From Longimicrobiales bacterium (GTDB taxonomy: Bacteria; Gemmatimonadota; Gemmatimonadetes; Longimicrobiales; Gaopeijiaceae), in assembly GCA_965219445.1 (NCBI GenBank), contig CBDCNQ010000004.1:64001-128000 (forward strand): 64,000 bases of DNA, read 5' to 3'. The first letter of the stretch is position 1. Every line of letters starts with the position of its first letter. The notes beneath the pieces are model-generated. The model did no database searches. It had not been told where the DNA came from and saw only the letters and a list, made by a program, of their open reading frames with translations. Below are positions 30,416 through 41,058 of this stretch, in pieces. The translations under genes were made by a program, and so were the position numbers.

Positions 30416-32647
30416 CTACATCACCGCACGGCGGAGGACGGCTCTGACCCTCGCGAGGTACCGCTTGGAATCTGCGGTCTTCTCGAGAAAGTCGTCTGCG
30501 CCGGCTTCGAGAAGCTCCGCTTCCACCTCGTCCCCTCCGAAGGCGGTGCTGATCAGCACCGGGATGGCCGCCGTGTCCTTCGACCCCCGAATGCGATCGA
30601 GCACTTTGCGGCCGTCCATACCGGGCATCTTCAGATCCAAGATCACCAGGCTGAAGCTCGGGTCGGCTTTGAGCCTCTCTACGGCCTCGTACCCGTCCTT
30701 GGCCAGCGACACCTCGTAGCCCGCCGTCTCGAGTATCTTCGCCGCCATGAGCCGGGCTTCCTCATCGTCCTCGACCACGAGGATCCGGCTCGGGCCGCTG
30801 TCCACTTCCGGTTCGTCTTCCGCCTTTAGCTCCCCGAGCGCCCTCTCGACCTCAACCAGCGTAGTCTTGCCTTGGGTTACCCACTCGAGCGCCACCTGAT
30901 GGATCGGGCGCATCCCGCCCTGGATCGCGATACGTTGGAGCGTCTGCCAACCCTTACGAGCTTCCACCGCGGTCTGGAAGCGTGGCCCGGCAAGCATGAC
31001 TTCGTTCACCGGGATGCGGCCCTTGTAACCGGTGAACCCACACTCACCGCAGCCCACGGCCCGAACCACCGGCTCGACCTCATGCTGGTCGGTCAGTCGC
31101 TGCTCTTCGGGCGTCAAATTGCCTTGTACTGGTTCGGCGCAGGCTGCACAAACCCGCCGCAAGAGACGTTGAGCGATCGCGCCCCTCAAGGTCGAGGCGA
31201 TCGTGCCGAACGGCAGGCCAATGGTGGCCATCCGCCCAACGGCGCTCACCGCGTCGTTCGCGTGTACGGTGGCAAGCACCAGGTGGCCTGTCATCGCGGC
31301 GTGCGACGCCGTTTCGGCGGTCTCCTGGTCCCGAATTTCTCCGACCAGGATGACATCGGGGTCCTGCCTGAGGATGGCCCGAAGAGCGGCGCCAAAAGTG
31401 ACCCCCTGCTTCGTTTCCACCTGGGTTTGTGTGATTTTCGGCAGTTCGTACTCGATCGGATCCTCAACCGTCATGATGTTGACCTTACCGTCGGCCATCT
31501 CGCGTAACGCGCCGTAGAGGGTCGTCGTCTTTCCCGACCCGGTGGGGCCCGTCACCAGAACAATGCCTTCCCTCTGCTTGAGGAGCTGCCGTAAGCGGTC
31601 CAGCTCGTGGGGCGGCAGCGACAGATCGTCGAGGGTCTCCTGAGCGTTGGAGTCCAGAATACGGATGACGCACTTCTCATCGGACCTGCCTGCCGGGATC
31701 GTCGATACGCGCAGATCGTAGGATAGATTCTGGATTCTGACATGCGCCTTTCCGTCTTGGGGGCGAAGCCGGTCCGCGATATCGAGTTGGGCCAGGATCT
31801 TGATCCGCGAAATCACGCGGTTCATCGCCGCCATCGGGAGGTCCATGTGCTTTCTGAGGACCCCGTCGACCCGGTAGCGAATCACGCCGACCCGGCGGCC
31901 GGGCTCCACGTGGATGTCAGAAGCTGACTGAGCGATGGCGTCGCGAATGATGAGATTCGTGAGCTTCACAACCGGGGTCGCAGCAGCGTCTTCGGAAGAG
32001 ATGGACTCGGGCCCCATCTCTTCCACGAGCTTGACAGCGTCATCGTCGAGATCATCGACATCGAAGTCGTCAAGGAGGGATTCAATGGCCACCTCAGGCG
32101 AAAACTGGTTATTCAGGAACTCCTGGATGGCACTAGGAGAGGCCACCTGGAAAACGGTGGTCTTTCCCGTGCTGAATCCCAACGCACGCTCCGCTTCTAC
32201 TTGAGTGGGGTCACACGTGGCGACGAGGAGGTGCCTATCGGTCTCGTAGAGGGGATAGACGTGGTGCCTTCGTGCGAGCGCTTCCGGCACGAGAAGAGGC
32301 GCATTCGGGTCACGTGCCGTGAAGTCGGCCACCTCCAGCCGAAAATAGGTGGCCACCAACTCGCAAAGGCGCGAGTCCCCGATCTTGTACGCTCGGGTCA
32401 CGGCCCGCCACGCTTCCTTCGCCTCCGTCTCCGGCGGAACGGACGGACTCTCTCCCTCGAGCCCTGCCCGTTCAGCAACGCGAGTCAGCCAATGGGTGGT
32501 CGCGATACCGCCGACCGCGCTGGGCTTCACGTCCGTCTTCACGTCCGTCTTCACGTCCGTCTTCTCATTCGGCTTCGGCTGGGGCTTGGTCTTCGTCTTC
32601 GAAGTCGAGGCTCGGGGGGGGGGGATCCACCGTCCCTCTCTTGGCAC
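30416..32647 (-). CDS. GspE/PilB-family secretion ATPase fused to a C-terminal receiver (REC) domain
   Basis: ASDIHVEP, RLRPQDG, Walker A GPTGSGKTT, EDPIE, LRQDPDVILVGEIRD, CAAC..CGEC zinc motif; C-terminal ILVVEDD..ILDLKMPGMDG REC. Start uncertain. Confidence 0.9.
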   Translation of the reverse strand: MPREGRWIPPPRASTSKTKTKPQPKPNEKTDVKTDVKTDVKPSAVGGIATTHWLTRVAERAGLEGESPSVPPETEAKEAWRAVTRAYKIGDSRLCELVATYFRLEVADFTARDPNAPLLVPEALARRHHVYPLYETDRHLLVATCDPTQVEAERALGFSTGKTTVFQVASPSAIQEFLNNQFSPEVAIESLLDDFDVDDLDDDAVKLVEEMGPESISSEDAAATPVVKLTNLIIRDAIAQSASDIHVEPGRRVGVIRYRVDGVLRKHMDLPMAAMNRVISRIKILAQLDIADRLRPQDGKAHVRIQNLSYDLRVSTIPAGRSDEKCVIRILDSNAQETLDDLSLPPHELDRLRQLLKQREGIVLVTGPTGSGKTTTLYGALREMADGKVNIMTVEDPIEYELPKITQTQVETKQGVTFGAALRAILRQDPDVILVGEIRDQETAETASHAAMTGHLVLATVHANDAVSAVGRMATIGLPFGTIASTLRGAIAQRLLRRVCAACAEPVQGNLTPEEQRLTDQHEVEPVVRAVGCGECGFTGYKGRIPVNEVMLAGPRFQTAVEARKGWQTLQRIAIQGGMRPIHQVALEWVTQGKTTLVEVERALGELKAEDEPEVDSGPSRILVVEDDEEARLMAAKILETAGYEVSLAKDGYEAVERLKADPSFSLVILDLKMPGMDGRKVLDRIRGSKDTAAIPVLISTAFGGDEVEAELLEAGADDFLEKTADSKRYLARVRAVLRRAVM

Positions 32648-32680
32648 CGGGTTTAGAATCGGTGGCGGTTTTTTCTCGAG

Positions 32681-33583
32681 TCACCGCATCACCTTCTTTC
32701 TCTTGCTTCGCTTTTCCTCGTACATCGCTGCGTCGGCCCGCCTGAGCAACTCGTCGAGGTGCAAGGCACGATCACCATCGTTCCGGGCCAAACCGATGCT
32801 AACGGAAAGCTGGAACCGTTCCCGCGTGGTCTCGTTCAGCTCCGTGAACTCCATCCTGAGTCGCTCGACGAGCGTCTCGGCGTTCTCCTCCGAGGTCTCG
32901 AACGCTAGAACGGCAAACTCATCCCCGCTCATTCGGGCAACAATGTCGGACCGGCGGAACGTATCCCGAAGCGTGTCGGCCACACACAGCAGGGCTCGAT
33001 CACCGACATGGTGGCCAAGCGTGTCGTTAATGCTCTTGAAGCGGTCGATGTCGAGGTAGATGAGGGAGACCGGTCGAGAGGACCGGAGGGCAAGCTTGAG
33101 GTATTGCTCGCCGAGGTCATTGAATCCCCGCCGGTTGTACAAGTCCGTTAGGCCATCGATCAGCGACAAGCTCCGAAGCGCATCGAGTAGACGGTGACGC
33201 TCGATGGCGTAGCTCATGGAGCGAAGTAGGACCGCTGGGGCTGCCTCTTCCTTTCGCATGCAATCCTGAGCACCCCCCTGGACGGCACGGACCGCAAGAT
33301 CGTCCTCCCCCTCATTCGTCAGTACGATGACCGGAACGTTCGGGGCAAACGCGTACATGCGCTCGAAGCTCACGATGCCGTGGCTATCCGGCAGATCCGG
33401 GTCGAGGATCACGGCGTCCACTCCGCCGCTGGACAGCCGCTCCAACGCCCCAGCCAGTTCGCCCGCCTCAAGCAGCTCGGTGTCCCCATCCGCGCCCTGG
33501 AGATGCTCCCGAAGGGCGTCCAGATAGACGGGCTCAGCCTCTACCACAAGTAGCCTTGTGGGTCGGTGTGCAGAATCGCTCAT
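32681..33583 (-). CDS. REC-GGDEF diguanylate cyclase (SGDEF variant, RxxD I-site)
   Basis: N-terminal REC (ILDPDLPD), DGLTDLYNRR, DIDRFKSINDTLGHHVGD, RRSDIVARMSGDEF, ADAAMYEEK. Confidence 0.92.
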   Translation of the reverse strand: MSDSAHRPTRLLVVEAEPVYLDALREHLQGADGDTELLEAGELAGALERLSSGGVDAVILDPDLPDSHGIVSFERMYAFAPNVPVIVLTNEGEDDLAVRAVQGGAQDCMRKEEAAPAVLLRSMSYAIERHRLLDALRSLSLIDGLTDLYNRRGFNDLGEQYLKLALRSSRPVSLIYLDIDRFKSINDTLGHHVGDRALLCVADTLRDTFRRSDIVARMSGDEFAVLAFETSEENAETLVERLRMEFTELNETTRERFQLSVSIGLARNDGDRALHLDELLRRADAAMYEEKRSKRKKVMR

Positions 33584-33588
33584 CTGTA

Positions 33589-33956
33589 GAAGGCTGTTGA
33601 AGAAGTACAGTGGGCCGCGTTGCGGATGCCACGGCCCCAGACCCTAGGCGGAGCGACGACGCCATAGCCGTAGCTACGGTTAGGAGCTCCAACAACGGAG
33701 ATGGGGTCGGGCCACCGCAACCCTTCAACTTGTAAGGTCATGTCATTCATGGTCGTGGGCACAGGGCGGTTGTGCGGTTGATCCTGTGTCTCTCCTCCTC
33801 GCCGTAGCGCTGCTACGCCTCGTCGTCGTTCGTTCTTCGCCTTCGGCTCAGGTGCCGCGGAAACCATTGCTCGACGTCGTACACCACGTCCGCGACGTTG
33901 TCTGAACGCGCACAAGCGCCCTGTGCGCGACCCGCTGTACTCCTTCAACAGCCTTC
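33589..33956. mobile_element. MITE-like non-coding element with 31-bp terminal inverted repeats
   Basis: gaaggctgttgaagaagtacagtgggccgcg (33589-33619) matches the reverse complement of 33926-33956 at 28/31; no transposase inside; extensive internal palindromes. Confidence 0.72.
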
Positions 33957-34295
33957 ATAGGACCAACTCGCGGCTTCGCGTCCCCGCTGAGGACGCACCT
34001 ATGAAGACGACATTCGACCCAACTTCACGGTCCCTATGGGGTTGCCCATCGGGGGGGGAAATTGGACCACGACAGCTAAGCCAAACATAGGAGAACCCTG
34101 ACACGCGCGCCAAGGTTATTCTTGTGGGGAGCCCGGTGGGAAGCACATCCCCTGCCTTCTCTTCGATCGATTCACCGCATGTCCTTGAGAAGTGTATTGA
34201 ACGCGGCTATCTCGAGGCAGAATCTGGACAACGACATGTATTCTTCAGGTAGGTGGGCCGGTGATACGGTGAGGCCCAGTTTGGGGACACCTCAG

Positions 34296-34682
34296 ATGAG
34301 GCGTCTGCTGGTCCTTTTCTTGACCGTGGCCCTGCCCATGACCGGATGCCTGGCCTCTCCACCCGTGGCTCCGTTTCAAGTCACGCTCCGCCTGTCACCG
34401 ACTCCCGCGCTGATCGGTCCGACTCGCCTCATCATCGACGTGGCGGACGTTGCAGGCGATCCGGCTACGAACGTTGTGGTGTCCGTTGAGGGCCTCCCGG
34501 AGGAGCGCACCAATAGGAGGGCCACAATGAGGATGGCCACAGAGGAGGGCGCCGGCCGTTATGTCGTGCCTGACTTCGATTTGGACGTCGGAGGCCCCTG
34601 GACGATCGCCGTCACGGTCACCGACAGCACCGGCGTTTCGATAACCAGAGCCTTTCCCATCTCCGTGTTCGGAGGGTCATAG
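34296..34682 (+). CDS. Lipoprotein, FixH/YtkA-like Ig-fold domain
   Basis: Lipobox-like MTGC after a hydrophobic signal; EEGAGRY..GGPWTIAVTV. Confidence 0.65.
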   Translation: MRRLLVLFLTVALPMTGCLASPPVAPFQVTLRLSPTPALIGPTRLIIDVADVAGDPATNVVVSVEGLPEERTNRRATMRMATEEGAGRYVVPDFDLDVGGPWTIAVTVTDSTGVSITRAFPISVFGGS

Positions 34683-34762
34683 ACCGGGCACGCTTCCTGC
34701 AATCCTTTGAGGCCTCTATCTTGGCGCGGCATGCCGACCCCAACCGGAGCGATTCCAGGACG

Positions 34763-35707
34763 ATGTCCATCGAGGAAGCCCTTCTCGAGCTCGATGAGCG
34801 CCTCGGTCCAAGAAGGATGGAGGTCGATGTTCCACTCGCACCGCTGACTACGTTTCGCGTCGGTGGCCCGGCCGACAGACTCTTTCACGCCCGTACACCG
34901 GACGATCTGACCGAATCCATCTTGGCGGCTCGGGAAGTCGGTATCCCCCACTTCCTGCTCGGTAAGGGTGCCAACGTGCTCGTCGGGGATCGAGGCTTTC
35001 GCGGCCTGGTGATCCGCTGCGAGGTAGGCGGCACGGACTTCTTCGAAAACGGCCGCGTCCGGGCGGGGGCGGGTGTGGAGACTCATCCCGACCTCATCGA
35101 AGCGACCGTATCTCGCGGACTCGGTGGCCTACACCACTTCGTCGGGATTCCGAGCACCGTGGGTGGTGCGATGTGGCAGAACCTGCACTTTCTCTCACCC
35201 GCGCCGAAGAGAGCGCGCACCGTCTTCCTCGAAGAGGTGGTCGAATCCGCCGAGATCCTTTCGGAGGAGGGAGAGCGCCGCACGGTGGATCGGGACTACT
35301 TCCGGTTCGGCTACGACTACAGCATTCTGCACGAGAGGGATGACGTCGTCCTCACGGTGGAGTTCCAGTTGACCCCTGCTCCCTCCGAGGAATTGCGCCG
35401 GGTGATGGAGGAAAACCTCATTTGGCGGAAGGATCGCCATCCGGACCTGACCGTGTCCCCAAGCGCGGGCTCGATCTTCCAGAAGATCGAGGGGATCGGC
35501 GCCGGACGGCTCATCGACGAATGCGGCCTCAAGGGGCACATCGAGGGAGGCGCCCAGATCTTCCTGAAGCACGCCAACATCATCATAAACCGCGGGAACG
35601 CGACCGCTTCGGACATCCGCGCCCTCATCGACCTCGCTCAGACGCGGGTCGCCGACGAGCTCGGATACGAATTAGTGCCCGAGATCACCTTCGTGGGGGA
35701 CTTCTAG
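34763..35707 (+). CDS. murB: UDP-N-acetylmuramate dehydrogenase
   Basis: TTFRVGGPA, LGKGANVLVGD, GIPSTVGGA, PSAGSIF, KHANIIIN. Confidence 0.93.
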   Translation: MSIEEALLELDERLGPRRMEVDVPLAPLTTFRVGGPADRLFHARTPDDLTESILAAREVGIPHFLLGKGANVLVGDRGFRGLVIRCEVGGTDFFENGRVRAGAGVETHPDLIEATVSRGLGGLHHFVGIPSTVGGAMWQNLHFLSPAPKRARTVFLEEVVESAEILSEEGERRTVDRDYFRFGYDYSILHERDDVVLTVEFQLTPAPSEELRRVMEENLIWRKDRHPDLTVSPSAGSIFQKIEGIGAGRLIDECGLKGHIEGGAQIFLKHANIIINRGNATASDIRALIDLAQTRVADELGYELVPEITFVGDF

Positions 35708-36379
35708 TCAGTTCGCCACACCTGCGATCTGCCGAAGTAGAGTCGGATCGAGCTCGTGGCCCCCGGCGTGCGTGAGGGTCTTGAAGGGGATCCCCAGCTC
35801 TTCGAGTCGTGCCTCCTGGGAGGCGTGAGCCTCTTCGGAGACGTATTGATCAACAAGTCCCCGTACCAGAATGAGCTCGGCCGATCCCAACCGGTCGGGC
35901 CCTCGGTCTGGATCCAAGTCGTCGGGAAGATAGGCTCCCCAAAGGACGAGCCGCTCTACGGCGGTATCTCCCGCCACCACCCACCGACACGCGGTGTGGG
36001 CACCCTGTGAGAACCCCAACACCGTGAGGCGCGTGACCTCTCCGCCCGACTCTTCGGATATTTCGTCGAGAACCGCGTTGAGAAGCCCTACATAATCCGT
36101 GATCTCGTTCTCCCGATCCTCTCGCGTCATCCATGTGGCGCCGATCGGGACTTCCTTGCCGTGGCTACCCTCGGAATCACGCAGGTAAAAGCGGGAGAGA
36201 CCCTCGGGCGCCACGATCAGCCGCGTTCCATCGTCCAGATCGGAGAAGCGAGACAGAAAGCGCCGTGCCAGTTGCCGATACCCATGGCATACGAGCCAGA
36301 TTTCTCCTAGACGTGGGCCGACCGAACCAAGAGTGTAATAGCGCGCCGTTCGGGCAACCCGGACGTGCCGCTCCCTCAC
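35708..36379 (-). CDS. Alpha/beta hydrolase (phospholipase/carboxylesterase family)
   Basis: HGY, APEGLSRFY, nucleophile elbow GFSQG, GGHEL; GTG start overlapping the rfbC stop. Confidence 0.85.
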   Translation of the reverse strand: MRERHVRVARTARYYTLGSVGPRLGEIWLVCHGYRQLARRFLSRFSDLDDGTRLIVAPEGLSRFYLRDSEGSHGKEVPIGATWMTREDRENEITDYVGLLNAVLDEISEESGGEVTRLTVLGFSQGAHTACRWVVAGDTAVERLVLWGAYLPDDLDPDRGPDRLGSAELILVRGLVDQYVSEEAHASQEARLEELGIPFKTLTHAGGHELDPTLLRQIAGVAN

Positions 36380-36936
36380 TGGCCGTATTGGAACGGGCTG
36401 ATCAGGGGATCGAGACCCGGTAGCGAGAGGTCCCTCTCGGACAGGGTAGGATTTTCCATGGGCCACGGAATCCCAACCACCGGATCGTCCCAAGCGATCC
36501 CCCCGTCGAGCGCGGCGTCGAATTCGTTCGTGACCTTGTAGACCAAGTCGGCCTGGTCACTGAGGCACAGGTATCCGTGAGCGAAGCCCACGGGAATGTA
36601 CAAGATCACCCCGTCTTCTCCCGAGAGAGCTCCGCCGGCCCACTGACCAAAGGTGGGGGAGCCCACACGGAGGTCCACCGCGACGTCGAATACGTCTCCT
36701 TGCACGACCCGAACGAGTTTCGCCTGCGCCCGGGGGGGTGCCTGATAGTGTAGTCCGCGGAGCACACCACGAGTTGAACGGGCATGATTGTCCTGATGGA
36801 ACGCTTCCCGGATCCCCGCCTCTTCGAACGCGGAGGCGCGGTAGGTCTCCGAGAAGAAGCCTCGGTGATCACCGTGACGGGAGGGAGTGATTCGGATCAC
36901 GTCCGGGATGGCGAGAGGCTCGAAATGGAAGGACAT
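36376..36936 (-). CDS. rfbC: dTDP-4-dehydrorhamnose 3,5-epimerase
   Basis: DHRGFFSE, QDNHA.S..GVLRGLHYQ, DVAVDLRVGSPTFG, GFAHG. Confidence 0.96.
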   Translation of the reverse strand: MSFHFEPLAIPDVIRITPSRHGDHRGFFSETYRASAFEEAGIREAFHQDNHARSTRGVLRGLHYQAPPRAQAKLVRVVQGDVFDVAVDLRVGSPTFGQWAGGALSGEDGVILYIPVGFAHGYLCLSDQADLVYKVTNEFDAALDGGIAWDDPVVGIPWPMENPTLSERDLSLPGLDPLISPFQYGQ

Positions 36937-37095
36937 AGAACTGTAGGCTGGACGCGGTCGCGGTATTAGTGTCGAAGTAGGAGCCTCGAGCCATGTGCAC
37001 GAGCGAACTCCGCCGAAAGTTCATTGCGGGCCGCTCAGCCGGCAACCGTGAGGCGGACTGCGGCCTCGATTCCGCATCCGTTTGGAGAGAAAGCC

Positions 37096-39562
37096 ATGAC
37101 GAACGTCGCTCCGGGGATCAGGCCCGGCATTCGGTGGGCGGTCCTCTTCGGGCTGGTCCTCTTCGGGTCACTCGCACCACGGACTGTCTGGTCCCAGACC
37201 CCTGACTCCCTGGCCCAGGACTCGCAGACCCCAGCCTCGCTGGCTCCTCCGCCGAGCGCGGCGAAGGCAAACCCCTTCGCCGGATTCGAGACACACTACC
37301 TGTCGAACGGACTGAAGGTTTGGTTCAAGCGACTGCCGGAGGCTCCCAACGTCTCTATCAGCGTCGGTGTGCCGTATGGATGGGATGCGGATCCTCGCCG
37401 AAAAGAGGAGCTCGCACACCTCACTGAGCACATCCTCTTCTCCGATCATGAAGGACGCTCCGAGGAGGAAATCAAAGACGCGATCGACGCCATCGGGGGC
37501 CGAAGCAACGGATTCACGACCCCCGACCACACCTGGTACTACGTGACCGTTGCGAAGGAGCACGGGGGGTTCGCTCTGGAATGGCTGTCTCGAATCGTGT
37601 CCCCGCACACGGTGGATGCCGACGTATTGGAAAGGAATCGCGTCCCGGTGGCGCTGGAGATCGACGCACAGCCGCGTGAGTTCTTCGAGAGCGTCTGGGC
37701 GCTGCTCAATCCCGCTTGGCTCGTCCCCTCTGATTTCTGGGAGCGTGAGTTCGGCATGGAGACCCGAAATGCTCGCCAATACGATCGCTGGGCCAGCCTC
37801 CAACGCATCACGCCGGAGGACGTCGCCGATTTCTACGACCGCCATTACGTGCCGGAAGCGATGACGCTCACCGTGATCGGGGACCTGGACCCGATCGAGG
37901 TCCTGGCGATCTCGGAGCGCACATTGGGGTCCCTCGTCAAGAGACCCGTGCCCCCCGAGGGACGTGACCGTAGAAGACCCCGCCCGACGGCGGGCCACTT
38001 CCTACTGGGGCTTCGGCCCCAACGTGCGATACACGGCTCGGTACAAGCTCTTCAACAGTGATGCCGAAGATGACTTGATGCTGATGTTCGTTCGGGATCT
38101 GCTGAGGCGTCGCCTGAATCAGCGCCTTCGGTACGGAGAACAGAAGGCGGTGTACGGACTACAGGTTGCCACGAGGCAGAGAGGGCCCGGCGGATTCCTG
38201 GAAATTGAAGGCTCCATCGCGGAGAACGAATACGACTTCGCCCAGGCGGTCATCCAGAACGAAATCGCAGCACTCGTGGGGGGGACGCTGCCGCCCGAGG
38301 AATTCGAGGCGGACCGAACGGCCCTCGTCGAACGGCTTCGGGGGGAAAACTCGACGGCACAATCCCTCAACTTCTGGGTGCTTCGCAGCTTCTACGATCC
38401 CTCCAAGCATGCGGACTTCCCGGATCTGCTTTCCTTCTTCGCGGGTGTGACCCAAGACCAGGTGGCAGCGTTCGCCGCCCGCACCTTCGTGCCTGAGCGA
38501 GAAGTCAGGACGCTCATCGACGTGCAGCCCATGAGCCAAGGGATGCTTGCCATCGCCGCCCTCGTGCTTGTGCTCCTCACGGTTCGGGCGGTCGCCTGGA
38601 CACTCACGCGCCCGGTGACGATGACCGGGATCCTCTATGTGGCCCGGTTCCGTTTGCCCGTTCTGCTCATGATCGCCGCGGTGGCCGTCTTCGGTGGTGC
38701 CGGATTGATCATGGGTCGGCTGATCGTGTTCGTTGTTCAGTCCTTGGCACTCGCCTACCTCGTGACCATCGACGAATACGGCGTCCAAATGATGCTCTAT
38801 GGAGCCATGCTCAGCGCGGCCGTCATGCTCTCCATCCTCTATCTCTCGCAGTTCCCCCGTAAGATTATCGTGTTTCCGGACTATCTCCTCATCAAATTCC
38901 TAGCCTATCGGTCTCGCAAGTTTAAGCCCGGCGACTTTCTAGAAATTTCGACACGCCGAGGTTACCAGGTATGGTTCAGGAAAGACCTGTTCCGGTGCGT
39001 ACCGCTCGCGTGGGGCCTGGTCGGCCCGGGAATCTACCTGCGGCCAACCAAGGGAAGAACCTACTTTTTCCGCACGAGAGACACCGGGGAGCTGATCGAC
39101 GTGCTGGGCGGTTGGCGGGGAGCGTCGGTGTCACCGGCCGCTCGCAAGAAGAAGCCCGCGGATTTCGCCAGAGACCCCTTCCAGGAGGCGATGGACACGT
39201 CGGATTGGATCTCTTCGATCGCCCCGGACACGCCCCCGAAAAACGAGGCGTCATCGGCTTCCATCGCTTCTGACCCGCTCCCGGAACTTGAGGGGTCGTC
39301 GGCGTCGATCACTCTGGACCCGCTCCCAGAGATCGAGGAGCCATCGGCTTCGATTGCTTCGGACCCGCTCCCCGAACTTGAGGGGTCATCGGCGTCGATC
39401 GCCCGGGATCTGCTCCTGGGGGACGAGGGAGAGGGAGAGGGAGAGGGAGAGGGAGAGGGAGAGGGAGAGGCGACTGAGCACGACAACGACGGGATGGACG
39501 AAGGCGAAATCAAAGACCTGCTCGGCGATTCCTACAAGTCCCACGTGGAGAAAAAATTCTGA
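37096..39562 (+). CDS. M16 (insulinase) family zinc peptidase with C-terminal membrane domain and acidic repeat tail; split by a +1 frameshift near 37951-37956
   Basis: Signal peptide, HLTEH (HxxEH), NGFT, FYDRHYVPEAMTLTVIGD. Removing one C from the C6 run joins ORFs 37024-38061 and 37964-39562 (..KRPVPPRDVTVEDP..). Confidence 0.78.
39251..39469 (+). repeat. 45-bp x4 repeat (SSASIASDPLPELEG-like) followed by (GAGGGA)x7
   Basis: Units at 39251, 39296, 39341 and 39386; hexamer run 39425-39466. Confidence 0.9.
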
Positions 39563-39588
39563 GGGACTAGAAGGGTGATGAGGATCTG

Positions 39589-40947
39589 CTAGAGTTGAAT
39601 GTGCGTCAGATCTCTCCCGAATCGGATGCGCACCCGAATGAGCAGAAACAGGGCCACGGCAGCCAGTCCCGCAGCCATCCCCCACCAGAGGCCCAGCGGC
39701 CCGAGCCCTCTCGCAAAGGCCAAATAGATGCTGATGGGAAGCCCGATTAGCCAGAATCCGACCAGGTTGATGAACATCGGTGCGAACGTATCGCCGACTC
39801 CTCTGAGAACGCCCGACCCCACGGCCTGGAGTCCGTCGAAGATCTGGAAAATTCCAGCCACCGGAATGAGCGTGGCGGCGAGCGCCCAAACCTCCAGGTC
39901 CGGCGTGTAGAGGCGCGCCAAAAGACCCGGAATCGACAGGAACACGACTCCAGTCAAAGCCATCAGCGTCCCCACGACCAGCAGACCCGCCCCGGCCGAA
40001 CGCCTCGCCCGCCGCGGGTCCCCAGAACCCACCGCCTGCCCGACGAGGACCGTGGTCGCCTGGGTCACGCCAAGCGCCATCATGAAGGTGACGCTCGCCA
40101 AGTTGATCGCGACCTGGTGACTCGCCATCGGTATGGTCCCGAGAAGTCCCATCAGAATGCCGATCACACCAAAGACCCCGAATTCCAGGAAAAACTGAAT
40201 CCCGATGGGAACCCCGAGCCGGCACATGCTGAGGAGCGGCTCGAGATCGAGCGCTTCGGTCCGAAGGGGCCGCAAATAAGGTCTGATGAGCGGCCAAGCG
40301 ATGCCCGACAACGCAAAGAGCATGAACCATCGGCTGAGTGTCGTCGCCCAGCCGGATCCGACGGCACCCAAGGCGGGAGCGCCCAGGTTCCCGAAGATGA
40401 GCACCCAGTTGAAGAAGACGTTGGCGAGGTTCGCTAGAAGGACTACGACGACGATCGGCGCCACCCGACCCATCGATTGGAGACTCTGCCTAAGCACGAC
40501 GAAACAGTAGAAGGGCAGCACGCCTGGTATGGACACCAACGCATAGTCCGCGGCCACCGGGATTACGTCCGCCGGCTGGCGTAGAAAGGTCAGTAACGGA
40601 CGTCCGGGCGTCAAAAGGAGCGAGCTGAGCACCGTGAGGCCAACCGCGATCACGAAGCCCCGTTGAAACGCCCGCGCGATCCCGGAACGATCGCCGGCGC
40701 CGAAGGCCTGAGAAACGAGGGGATCCAAGGCAAACAACGTGCCCAGCCCGAAGCTCGTCGTCATGAAGAAGTAGAGGTTCCCGAGGGCTACCGAGGCGAG
40801 ATCCCTCGGTGAAACGTGCCCCACCATGACCGTATCCACGGCCCCCATGAGGATGAAGCCCACCTGGACGGTAGCCACGGGCAATGCCAAGCGGAGCAGT
40901 GAGGCGATGTGGTCCCGCGAGGGAACCATTTGGCGAATGACACGCAT
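39589..40947 (-). CDS. MATE family efflux transporter (NorM-like)
   Basis: [50 protein letters not shown]; start approximate. Confidence 0.92.
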   Translation of the reverse strand: MRVIRQMVPSRDHIASLLRLALPVATVQVGFILMGAVDTVMVGHVSPRDLASVALGNLYFFMTTSFGLGTLFALDPLVSQAFGAGDRSGIARAFQRGFVIAVGLTVLSSLLLTPGRPLLTFLRQPADVIPVAADYALVSIPGVLPFYCFVVLRQSLQSMGRVAPIVVVVLLANLANVFFNWVLIFGNLGAPALGAVGSGWATTLSRWFMLFALSGIAWPLIRPYLRPLRTEALDLEPLLSMCRLGVPIGIQFFLEFGVFGVIGILMGLLGTIPMASHQVAINLASVTFMMALGVTQATTVLVGQAVGSGDPRRARRSAGAGLLVVGTLMALTGVVFLSIPGLLARLYTPDLEVWALAATLIPVAGIFQIFDGLQAVGSGVLRGVGDTFAPMFINLVGFWLIGLPISIYLAFARGLGPLGLWWGMAAGLAAVALFLLIRVRIRFGRDLTHIQL

Positions 40948-41058
40948 GGGCGCAAAACGATTATCGTGGTACACAAGAGGACCGCGCCGGGCCCCGGGGG
41001 GTCCGGCGCGGCATGGAAGCATAATACAGACCTCGTAGCCCCGGGAGCGCATCACAAC

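Noticed and set aside
33580..33948. 122-aa ORF upstream of the diguanylate cyclase
   Set aside because: Lies within the palindromic MITE-like element and has no protein-like features
33957..34295. c-di-GMP riboswitch near the DGC
   Set aside because: No recognisable GEMM motif found by eye
39251..39469. CRISPR-like repeat
   Set aside because: In-frame coding repeats with synonymous variation and no spacers
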